A DNA stretch of 64,000 bases from an uncultured Planctomycetaceae bacterium (lineage in GTDB: Bacteria; Planctomycetota; Planctomycetia; Planctomycetales; Planctomycetaceae), in contig CAWFAK010000005.1 in NCBI GenBank assembly GCA_963813715.1, positions 768,001 through 832,000 on the forward strand, read 5' to 3'. The position numbers and the translations under genes were made by a program. Below the pieces are notes generated by a model. That model made no database searches. It had not been told where the DNA came from and saw only the letters and a list, made by a program, of their open reading frames with translations. Shown in pieces: positions 1 through 8,929 of this stretch. Numbering within the stretch: position 1 is the stretch's first letter; each line of letters opens with the position of its first letter.

Positions 1-875
1 CTGGTCTTCGAGTTTTTTCTCGTCCGCCTGGTGCGCCGAGAGCGCTTTGCGCGCGGCATCGATCTTTTCGTTGAGACTGGCTCGCTCGGCGTCTTGAGCC
101 TTTGCGTCCGCTTTGAGTCGCAGCAAGTCGGCCGGCGAAAGGTCGTACAGCCGCGTGCCGCACGAGAGGACGTATCCGATCGCCCATCACGAGAAACGCG
201 ACGAGCGTGAGCCGCAGCAGCGGCGGGCGAGCCGGCGCGTCGACGATGGCATCACACGTGATCGTTCCGAGGATTGTGGGAACCGCCCAACTGAGGAAGC
301 CGAGCGGGCCGCCGTCGAGTCCGACGGGATCGGTGTTTGCCCAGTGATAGCTGAACCAGTGCGACAGCCAGACACTCAGGCCCGCCGACACGACCGCGAA
401 CAAAATCCGCACTTTCACGCCCGCCCGGATGACCGGCAAGATCCACAACGACGTGAGGGCGATCTGGCCCAACGTGTCGAGCCAGTGCCGTTTCAAATAG
501 GGCGAAACGTCGTTCCAGGGGCCGAGCGCGGCCAGGTCGTGCCAGTTGTCGGCCACTTGCCCCTCGACGTAGATGGCAAACGCGACGAGAAACAGCCCCA
601 CGATCCGCCGCACCATCCGCGCGTAGCCGGCGGCCAGCCCATCCGCTTGCACCCGGCGACCGAACGAAAGGCGCATCGCGAAGCCGACCGCGAACAAGAA
701 CGACGGCATGATCGTGTCGGCATAGCTGCAGTACGTGTGATGGTGCAGCAGCACGGGCGGCACCCAAGCGTCGTAGGCGGCCAAGAAGTTGACCAGGAAC
801 ATGCCGGCCACGGTGTAGCCGCGGAACTGATCCAGCGACGCGAGACGCGGTTTGGCCGGGGGCGCGTGTCGACAT
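1..875 (-). CDS. DUF5009 / heparan-alpha-glucosaminide N-acetyltransferase-like membrane protein (runs off the window start; frameshifted)
   Basis: Manual translation of a frame missing from the ORF track: PAKPRLASLDQFRGYTVAGMFLVNF...HHHTYCSYADTIMPSFLFAVG...DGGPLGFLSW. ATG at 875; indels near 858 (G5 run) and ~185. Confidence 0.75.
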
Positions 876-920
876 TCCGCCAGTTTGCTGGCACGGCTTC
901 GCGGGGCAAGGAGAGGGCGC

Positions 921-1445
921 CGGTGCTGGTGGGGATCTGTTTTTCCCTTATGTGAAAACGGATCCCCACCACCAGCAGACCGGACCGCGGGCACCGGCGA
1001 TCCAATTTCGGTCTTCACGGAGTCGCGGTCCCGCCGCGCTCGATCGAGCCTGAGAGGGCTGGGCGAAGGACCAAATTCGCCGGGATCGGCTCGATGAAAC
1101 AACGTGTCCCGTCCCGCTGAATCGGAAAGGCTTCCCTTTCACCCCAAGGCCCCAAGACGACTAAGTTCAGCGTCTTCACGCTGATCGGCCTTGCTTGGTG
1201 CCTTCTGTTGTCACTGCGCGCTCCAATTCGATCTCGTCCCGATGCGTGCTCCGAACCAATTCCGTCCCTTGTTTTCCCGGCCCAATACAACGTGTCCCGT
1301 CCCGTTGCGTCCCGTCCCGGCCTCCAGGCAAATCCCGGCCTAGCCGGGGATGCTTTTCTCCCGCTATGTGAAAAAGGATCCACCATCAGGGCCGGCGGGG
1401 ATCCTTTTTTCGTCCCCGCCGGGGATCTGATCCCCACCGGCCAGG
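921..1445. repeat. Cluster of REP-like hairpins and direct repeats in a long divergent intergenic region
   Basis: Hairpin tggggatctgttttt-N-aaaacggatcccca at ~930-968, with a degenerate copy at ~1346-1383 and a partial copy at ~1397-1412. Exact 18-bp direct repeat acaacgtgtcccgtcccg at 1099-1116 and 1287-1304. Confidence 0.65.
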
Positions 1446-1682
1446 CAGTATCCGCTCCGCTCTGACGGGCGACAGTGTGCGAGGCGGTACCTCAACCCGG
1501 CTGCGAGCGCAACGCGATCGACTGGCGAAGAAAGTCGCTCTCTCCATTCAGCCATAGAATTGCGTTTCATCCAAGATCAGTTTCGCAGAATTTCGTCGCG
1601 GCTGGATTGCCCGCACACCGATATAATCGAGCCCGGCTGGCAACGATCCCACGACCGTTCGGCTTGCCTCCGGAGGTCCGCC

Positions 1683-2818
1683 GTGAAACTTCCCGCACTT
1701 CTTGCCGTTTTTAGTGTCCTCATGATGTCCGCCGCGCGTGCGGACGAGGCTTGGGTTTCGCTCTACAACGGCAAGGATCTCAAGAACTGGGTCAACGTCA
1801 ACTGCCGCCGGAAACGTGGACCGCGCAGGGCGAAGTGATCCATTGCACGGGCCATCCGACCGGTGCCCTCCGCACGCCGCGGCAGTATGAGAACTTCATC
1901 CTCGAGCTCGATTGGCGGTTCCTGAAGCCGGCGGGGAACTCGGGCGTCTTTATTTGGGGTTCGCCGATCGCCGCGCCGGGCGCACCCTTCCTCCGCGCAA
2001 TTGAAGTTCAGGTGCTCGACAACGCCTTCAACATCCCCGGCAAGAACGAGTGGTACACCACCCACGGCGACGTGTTTCCCATCTGGGGCGACACGATGAA
2101 ACCGATCCATAAAGGCAACGGCATGCGCTGCTTCCCGACCGAAGAACGCAGCAAGTCGTCCCCGGAGTGGAATCACTACCGCATTGTCGGCAACAACGGG
2201 ACGCTGCGGCTATCGGTCAACGGCAAGGAAGTCTCGGGCGGCGACGACGTCGTCTGGCGCAAAGGCTATCTGGCGCTCGAGAGCGAAGGCGCCGCGGTCG
2301 AGTTTCGCAACATTCGCATCCAGGAACTGCCCCCGACCGGTGCCACGGCCGAGAACTCGGCGCCGGTCGAGGAAGGCTGGAAATCGATCTACAACGGCCT
2401 CAATTTGCGCGGGTGGCGCGGCGGCCGCGCGCGGGAGGGCTGGTCGAGCAACGATTGGCGAATCGCGTGCAAAGGGGGGGCCAGGCCTCTGTTCACGTCG
2501 AGTTTTTATTCGAACTTCGAGTTGATCCTCGACGTGGGTCCCGGCGCAAATTCGTCGCCCTCCGCCGGCCCGCACGTCCTGTTGAGCGCCGCGAACGCGA
2601 AAACTTCGCTGGGGCTGGCCGCCCGACCCAAGGAGTGGACGCGCAATCGGATCGTCGTCGGTCGCCGGTCGGTTCAGCTCACGGCGATGGGGACTTCATC
2701 GACCGCGAACTCCGCGCTTCCCACTTCCGGCCCGTGGTCGATCGGCCTCGACGGCGGGGGAGCGGCGGTCGAATTCGGCAATATCTACGTGCGCAAACTG
2801 CAGGACGCGAATCGCTGA
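1683..2818 (+). CDS. Secreted DUF1080 (3-keto-disaccharide hydrolase family) protein, one full and one degenerate domain; frameshift ~1805
   Basis: GGAGG RBS then GTG start; signal peptide MKLPALLAVFSVLMMSAARA. Motifs WVSLYNGKDLKNW, YENFILELDW, GNSGVF, EVQVLD, EWNHYRI, GYLALESEG, VEFRNIRI. Second unit begins WKSIYNGLNLRGW. Confidence 0.85.
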
Positions 2819-2931
2819 CACGCCTCGGCGAGTCGCCGGCCTGACAACATGGTGCACCAGCGGCGCAAGTCTTTGAGAGCGAGGTTGGGCTGCACCGATC
2901 GACTAGGAAAAATCAGTTGCGGCCTTCGCTT

Positions 2932-3011
2932 TTCCCCAAGCCGACGACTTGTCGTCGGTCTCTTGCTGTTGGGCGAAATGAAGAACCGACGACAAGTCGT
3001 CGGCTTGGGAA
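2932..3011. repeat. REP doublet (inverted pair of internally palindromic units)
   Basis: ttccccaagccgacgacttgtcgtcggtctctt (2932-2964) and its near-perfect reverse complement aagaaccgacgacaagtcgtcggcttgggaa (2981-3011), between convergent genes. Confidence 0.8.
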
Positions 3012-3104
3012 GGTGTACATCGCTCAATCGTCCAAAGTCCAACGTTCAACCAACGTCGGCTGCCGGGTCGTGCTCTCGAATGTAAAATGTGGATAGCCGG
3101 GCGC

Positions 3105-4596
3105 TTACTTGAACGCCGACGCGACCTCGACCAGCGTCCGCGTCAGTGCGCCGGTGCCGCCGCCTTCGCGGTGCGCCTTCGATGAGGCAGCGAAGGCCGG
3201 GCCGGCGATGTCGAGGTGCACCCAGGGCCGCTTGTCGACGAATTTCTCCAGGAACTTGGCGGCCGTGATCGCCCCGCCCCAGCGCGTGCCCGTGTTCTTG
3301 ACGTCGGCCACGTCGCTCTTGAGTTGCTCGGCGTAGTGGTCAAACATCGGCAGTTGCCAGACCTCTTCGCCCGATCCGCTTGGCCGCGCTCAGCACGTCG
3401 TCGCACCAGGCCTGGTCGTTCGTGAAAGCTCCCGCCACGTCTTCGCCCAGCGCCACCACGCACGAGCCCGTGAGCGTCGCCAGGTCGATCAGCCGGTCGG
3501 CTCCTTCGTCGACCGCATACCGCAGCACATCGGAGAGGACGAGGCGGCCTTCGGCGTCCGTGTTGTTGACCTCGACCGTGATGCCGGCTCGCGAGCGAAG
3601 CACGTCGCCCAGCTTGTACGAGTTGCCGTTTACCATGTTTTCGACGAGGCCCATGTAGCCGGTGACGTTGACGGGCAGCTTGAGCCGGGCGACGGCGATC
3701 AGGGCGCCGAGCACGGTGGCGGCTCCCGCCATGTCGCACTTCATGGTGAGCATGTTGTCATTGGTCTTCAGCGACAGGCCCCCGCTGTCGAAGGTGACGC
3801 CCTTGCCGACGAAGGCGATCCGTCGGCTATCGTTCGGCGCGCCGTCGTACTCGAGGACGACAAGTCGCGGCGGACGGTCGCTCGCTTGGCCGACGGCCAG
3901 CATGCAGCCCATCCGTTCCTGCTTGAGCCAGTTCTCGTCGAAGACGCCGCAGCCCAGGCCAAAGTCCGCCGCCAACTCTTTCGCACGCTGGGCGAAGCTT
4001 TCCGGATACAAGTCGCCGGCCGGTTGGTTGACGAGCTCGCGGACCACGTTGACTGCCTCACCCAGGACATGTCCGCGATTTGCGGCCGCTGTGAGATCAG
4101 TGCTGTTCGCACCGGAGCCCACCACGAGCGACACGTCTCCGAACGGAAAACGAGACGCCTCGGTCTTGAACAACCCCTGACCGACGCCGCCAACTGTCGC
4201 GGCAAACGTCGCCGTTTGCGCGAGGTCGCTCGTCGAGAGTTTCGAGCCGCTGGGTGCTTCAAGGGCGATCGCCAACTCGCCGCACTTCTTTTCGGAGATG
4301 TGCCGGACCGCGGTTAATAGCGCACGCTCGTACCGCGGCAGGGTCAACTCCTCCGTCTTTCCCAACCCGACCAACAGCACGCGTTTGGCGGCCAGCGGGC
4401 TCGCATCGCGGACGGCGACCAGCTCGGCGAGCTTGCCGGTCAGATCGCCCAGCTCGCGAAGGCGGGTCAAGCGGCCTCCGAGGGCGTCGTCGAGGGACTT
4501 GAGGTTGCCCGCGAAATTGGGCGGTTCGGTCACGCCGACGATCAGCCAGTCGCCGCCGGTCGATTGCCAGGGAGTGGTGACAAGATGAGGGCTCAT
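3105..4596 (-). CDS. pepA: Leucyl aminopeptidase (M17); frameshift ~3375
   Basis: VGKGVTFDSGG, MKCDMAGAA, NTDAEGRL, DLATLTG. C-terminus (GGAITAAKFL, WVHLDIAG) is in ORF 3105..3347. Confidence 0.93.
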
Positions 4597-4832
4597 CGGC
4601 GATTCTCCAGTTCTGCGAAGTGACGGCGCAGTCGGCGTCGACCGCTGCGAGTCTGCGTTGGGCGCGGTTTGAATTTGGGGCCGGGCAACCTTATGATTTC
4701 AACGCGCCCCAGATTGCACAAGTTGTCGGTCGGCAACCGCTGTTTTCGCCCAGGTTGGCAGGCGATTCCGGCCGTTTTTGGACAGTCGGATCCGCCGCAT
4801 CCCAAATCTGAATAGCGTTTAAAAACCTCACC

Positions 4833-5192
4833 ATGCCCAGCGTCAAATTCGTCAACGAGAAGAAAACGATCGAGGTCCCCGAAGGCGCCAACTTGCGGAA
4901 AGAGGCCCTCAACGCGGGTATCGAGCTGTATCCGGGCGTGCACCGGATTTTCAACTGTCACGGGCTGCGGCAGTGTGCCAGTTGCCGCGTGATGATTAAA
5001 AAGGGCCAAGAAAACGTTAGCCCCCAGGGCCTGTTTGAAAAGCTACGGCTGATTGCCGGACCGATCACCTATTTCGCGCGGATCGGACACGAGAACGATT
5101 TGCGTCTGGCGTGCGCCACGAAGGTGTTGGGCGACATTGAAGTCGAAACCCAGCCGGGCGCGAACTGGCACGGGGAACGCTTCTGGGGCTAG
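4833..5192 (+). CDS. 2Fe-2S ferredoxin-like protein
   Basis: NCHGLRQCASC...RLAC cysteine pattern. Confidence 0.85.
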   Translation: MPSVKFVNEKKTIEVPEGANLRKEALNAGIELYPGVHRIFNCHGLRQCASCRVMIKKGQENVSPQGLFEKLRLIAGPITYFARIGHENDLRLACATKVLGDIEVETQPGANWHGERFWG

Positions 5193-5354
5193 CCGCTCGG
5201 CCGCCCGACGGGCTTGCTGCCACCTAGTCGTCGCAACAAACGGGGGCGGTTGCCGCTTGACCGCGGGCCTACAATTCTTCACTCGCCGATCCTTCGGCCA
5301 CTGAACGCCTCGGCACCGCCTTTTGCGCGTCTTCGCGCGGGAAACCAATCACGA

Positions 5355-6783
5355 ATGAGCGACCGACCCAAAACCCTCGGCCAACTGCGGGCCAGCGGCT
5401 ACAAACCGACCGAGGTCAAGCGCGAGATGCGCCGCAATCTGCTGGCCAAGCTCCGGAAGGGGGAGACGCTGTTCCCCGGGATTCTCGGCTACGACGAGAC
5501 GGTCATTCCGCAGGTGGTGAATGCCGTTTTGTCGGGGCACGACCTCTTGTTTCTCGGTCTTCGCGGCCAGGGAAAGACCCGCATGCTGCGGATGCTGGTC
5601 GATCTCTTGGACGACTACGGTGCCGATCGTCGCCGGCTCGGAGATCAACGACGATCCGCTGGCCCCGCTCTCCAAGTACGCCCGCGATCTGGTCGCCGAC
5701 AAAGGGGACGCCTGTCCCGTCGAATGGATCGGCCGCGATCGCCGCTATCAGGAAAAACTGGCGACTCCCGACGTCACCATTGCCGACCTGATCGGCGAGC
5801 TCGACCTGATCAAGCACGCCGAGGGACGCCACCTCTCGAGCGAAGACGTGATGCACTTCGGCCTGATCCCCCGCACCAACCGCGGCATCTTCTGCATGAA
5901 CGAGCTGCCCGACCTGAGCCCGAAGATTCAGGTCGGCCTGTTCAACGTGCTGGAAGAGCGGGACGTGCAAATCCGCGGCTTCACCGTGCGGCTGGCCCTC
6001 GACGTCTGCATGGTCTTCAGCGCCAATCCGGAGGACTACACCAACCGCGGCCGCATCGTCACGCCGCTCAAAGACCGCATCGGCTCGGTCGTGCGGACGC
6101 ACTATCCGCTCACCCGCGAGCTGGGCATCCAGATCACTGACGCGAATGCCTGGTCGGCCCGCGACGACGGTCCGCGGGTGGTCGTGCCGTTGTTCTTGAA
6201 GGAGATCGTCGAAGAGACGTCGCGGTTGGCGCGGAAGAGCCCGCACGTGAACCAGGCCTCGGGTGTCAGCGTGCGGATGTCGATCGCCAACTCAGAGAAC
6301 CTGGTCTCGAATGCCGAACGCCGGGCCCTCGCCTTGGGAGAGCCGGAGGCCGTGGCCCGCGTGAGCGATCTGGTCGGCCTGGCGGGCAGCTCACGCGGCA
6401 AGATCGAGCTGCAGATGACGGAGGAGACGGGCGAGGAGGACAAACTGTTGGGTCGCATCATCGAGGAAGCGGTCAAAACAGTTTTCGATCAGCACTTCGA
6501 CCCGAAGCAGTTTCGCAACATCGTCGAGTATTTCGAGTCGGGCAATACGATCGAAGTGGGTGACCGGGTGCCGGCTGCGCAGCTCCTCAAGCGAATCGAG
6601 GGCGTCCGCGAATTCCGCAAGCAGGTCGAACGGGCCGCCGGTGAGCTCGACTCGCAGCTCGCCGGAACGCCGCTGCGGCCGCAATTCGAGGCCAGTGTCG
6701 CCGAGTTCATCCTCGACGGGCTCTACACGCACAACCGCCTCAACAAGAAGCAGAAGAGCAGCGGAGCGACCTACGGCCAGTAA
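5355..6783 (+). CDS. Mg-chelatase subunit I-like AAA+ ATPase; frameshift ~5618
   Basis: [13 protein letters not shown]-terminus, Walker [62 protein letters not shown]. Confidence 0.85.
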
Positions 6784-6796
6784 CACCATCAGGGAA

Positions 6797-6908
6797 TTCG
6801 GGTGCCACGGCTGAGACGCTTCGGCTCAGCCGTGCTCTTATCGGATCCTGATGACGGTTGGCGAACCGTGAAGAGCACGGTTGAGCAAGCTCAACCCTGG
6901 CACCCGAA
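6797..6908. repeat. REP doublet / REPIN-like element
   Basis: ttcgggtgccacggctgag...ctcagccgtgctctt pairs with aagagcacggttgag...ctcaaccctggcacccgaa. Each arm also has its own hairpin. Lies between convergent genes. Confidence 0.8.
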
Positions 6909-6917
6909 CTCCGCTCG

Positions 6918-7691
6918 TCAGAACTGTCCGCGGATTTTCTTGTTGAGCCGCCGCATGCCGTTCATCCAGCGGTCCGTGTCGTTGGCGCGGTAGACGTAGA
7001 ACTCTTTGACCTCCGGATGCGGCAGGACCATGAACCGCTCTTCGCGGATGGCCTTCACGCATTCCTCGGCCACGTGCTCGGGGCTGACCGCCGTCAGTTT
7101 GAGATAATTGACGTGCGGATTGTCGACGGTGAGCATGTTCGTCGTCACGCCCATCGGGCACAGGCACGAGACGCGAATGCCGGCCTCGTAATGCTGGATC
7201 GACAACCATTCCGCAAACGCTACCGCCGCGTGCTTGGTGACCGAATAGGGGGCCGACCCCATCTCGGTGAGCAGGCCGGCTGCTGAAGCCGTGTTGAGCA
7301 GGTAGCCGCGGCCACGCTCGATCATTCCGGGCAACACGGCGCGGGCCGCGTAAACGTGGGACATCACGTGGACGTCCCAGTTGAGTTGCCAATCGGCGTC
7401 CGGCGCCTCGGCCCCGCCCTTGGTTGCCAGACCGGCGTTCGAGACGAACAGGTCGATCGGGCCGAAGGCGGCTTCGGTGCGCCGCACCAGCTCGACGATC
7501 TGCGATTCGACCGCCACGTCGCAAGCGACGGCGAGCCCCTTCACCTCGGTCGCGACGGCTTGTGCGCCCGCTTCACTCAGATCGGCGACGACGATGCCGC
7601 GCGCCCCATCGGCAGCGAACCGCTGGCAGAGCGCCCGGCCGATGCCCGACGCGCCCCCCGTCACGACGGCCACGCATCCCTTCAGTTCCAT
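6918..7691 (-). CDS. Short-chain dehydrogenase/reductase
   Basis: TGGASGIG, SNAG, NTASAAG, YSVTK. Confidence 0.92.
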   Translation of the reverse strand: MELKGCVAVVTGGASGIGRALCQRFAADGARGIVVADLSEAGAQAVATEVKGLAVACDVAVESQIVELVRRTEAAFGPIDLFVSNAGLATKGGAEAPDADWQLNWDVHVMSHVYAARAVLPGMIERGRGYLLNTASAAGLLTEMGSAPYSVTKHAAVAFAEWLSIQHYEAGIRVSCLCPMGVTTNMLTVDNPHVNYLKLTAVSPEHVAEECVKAIREERFMVLPHPEVKEFYVYRANDTDRWMNGMRRLNKKIRGQF

Positions 7692-7749
7692 CTTTGGGAG
7701 ACTCCTTTGTGGACGAGATCGAGAATCCTAGTCCCGGCCTGCACGTCGC

Positions 7750-8607
7750 TCACGCTCCGCCCCGATAGCCGCCGGTGCCCGAGCCGCGGAAGTCGCGGGT
7801 TGATTCGGTGCTGGGGCTGCGGCCGACCAGGCTGCCCATTTCCTTGCCGTTACGCTGAAACCACTCGTACAGAATCGACACGTCCGAGCCGATGCAAAAG
7901 TGCTTCACGCCCATGTCGAGATATTCTTTGGCCTGCTCCGGGTGCCCGATCTCGGCCCGCGGATGCAGCCCCTTCTTGAGGGCCGTCTCGATCACGTAGC
8001 GCTCGGCCTCTTTCACCTTCGGATGTTTGAACTGTCCGGGCAGGCCGATGCTCATCGAATAGTCGGCAGGGCCGAACTGCACCATGTCGATGCCCTTCAC
8101 CGACAGTGCCGCGTCGAGATCCTCGACCAGCGACGCCTTCTCCACCATGATGGCGATCACCGTCTCGTCGAGTGCCTGAACGAAGGCCGGCGCACCCGCT
8201 TCGAGCACGAAGCCCACGTCCCGCCGCATGCCCACGCCGTGCAGGCCACGGCTGTGCGGCGATTCCGATCGCACCGCTTTCACGCAGGCTTCGACGTCGG
8301 CCACCGTCCGCGGGTCGGCAAACAGCACATTTTGAATCCCCGAGCCGATCGAGCGGATCGTGAGGTACGTCCGCGGCTCCTGCTCGATCTTCATCATCCC
8401 CGACATGTGATCGAAGAGGTCGACGGCCCGGCCGATGTTCTCGAGAGCATACAGGTCGTACGGCGCGTATTCGCCCACGAATTCGACGTAGTCGAACATC
8501 CGCGAATGGCCGACCAGCTCCACGATGGACGGCCAGGAAATGTGCAAATGGGTGCCGAGCGTCGGCTGCCCGGCGTTCAACAGCTCTCGAAGACGATTGC
8601 GACGCAT
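7750..8607 (-). CDS. HpcH/HpaI aldolase-family protein (divergent active site)
   Basis: MRRNRLRELLNAGQPTLGT, IMVEK, QFGPADYSMSIG. The ORF-track extension to 9090 is spurious. Confidence 0.85.
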   Translation of the reverse strand: MRRNRLRELLNAGQPTLGTHLHISWPSIVELVGHSRMFDYVEFVGEYAPYDLYALENIGRAVDLFDHMSGMMKIEQEPRTYLTIRSIGSGIQNVLFADPRTVADVEACVKAVRSESPHSRGLHGVGMRRDVGFVLEAGAPAFVQALDETVIAIMVEKASLVEDLDAALSVKGIDMVQFGPADYSMSIGLPGQFKHPKVKEAERYVIETALKKGLHPRAEIGHPEQAKEYLDMGVKHFCIGSDVSILYEWFQRNGKEMGSLVGRSPSTESTRDFRGSGTGGYRGGA

Positions 8608-8929
8608 ACGTTCTCTTTTTGATCCGGACCGGCGCCGCAGCGACAAAGGGCCGTTCGACGCCCGGGAAGCCTCATTGTGAGGCGGCCTCCCCAAGCACGC
8701 AACCGCCAGGAAGCCGTGCTGGCGGCTGTCCGGTAGAGGCCACCATCTTGTGAGGAGTCTGTCGGGCGTGCGAAGATGGTTTTTGGAGGACCAGCGAACC
8801 CGTAGTGAGTCTGGGCCGCCCGGACAGTATGTGCCGCTGAATGCCTTCGCTGATCCCAGCCAGCTTCCGCCCGATACTCGCCGCACGACGCACACCTTCG
8901 CCGCTCCCTGAGAAATCGATTCTATGCGG

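Noticed and set aside
1395..1440. CRISPR type I-E-like repeat (ccccgccggggat)
   Set aside because: No regularly spaced identical repeats with unique spacers, and no cas genes.
5355..6783. Chlorophyll or cobalamin chelatase (photosynthesis)
   Set aside because: This is a widespread ChlI-like AAA+ subfamily, and no chlD/chlH/cobN or pigment genes are nearby.
8640..8920. SRP or other ncRNA in the aldolase-hydrolase intergenic region
   Set aside because: Only short hairpins; I could not identify conserved SRP, tRNA or tmRNA motifs.
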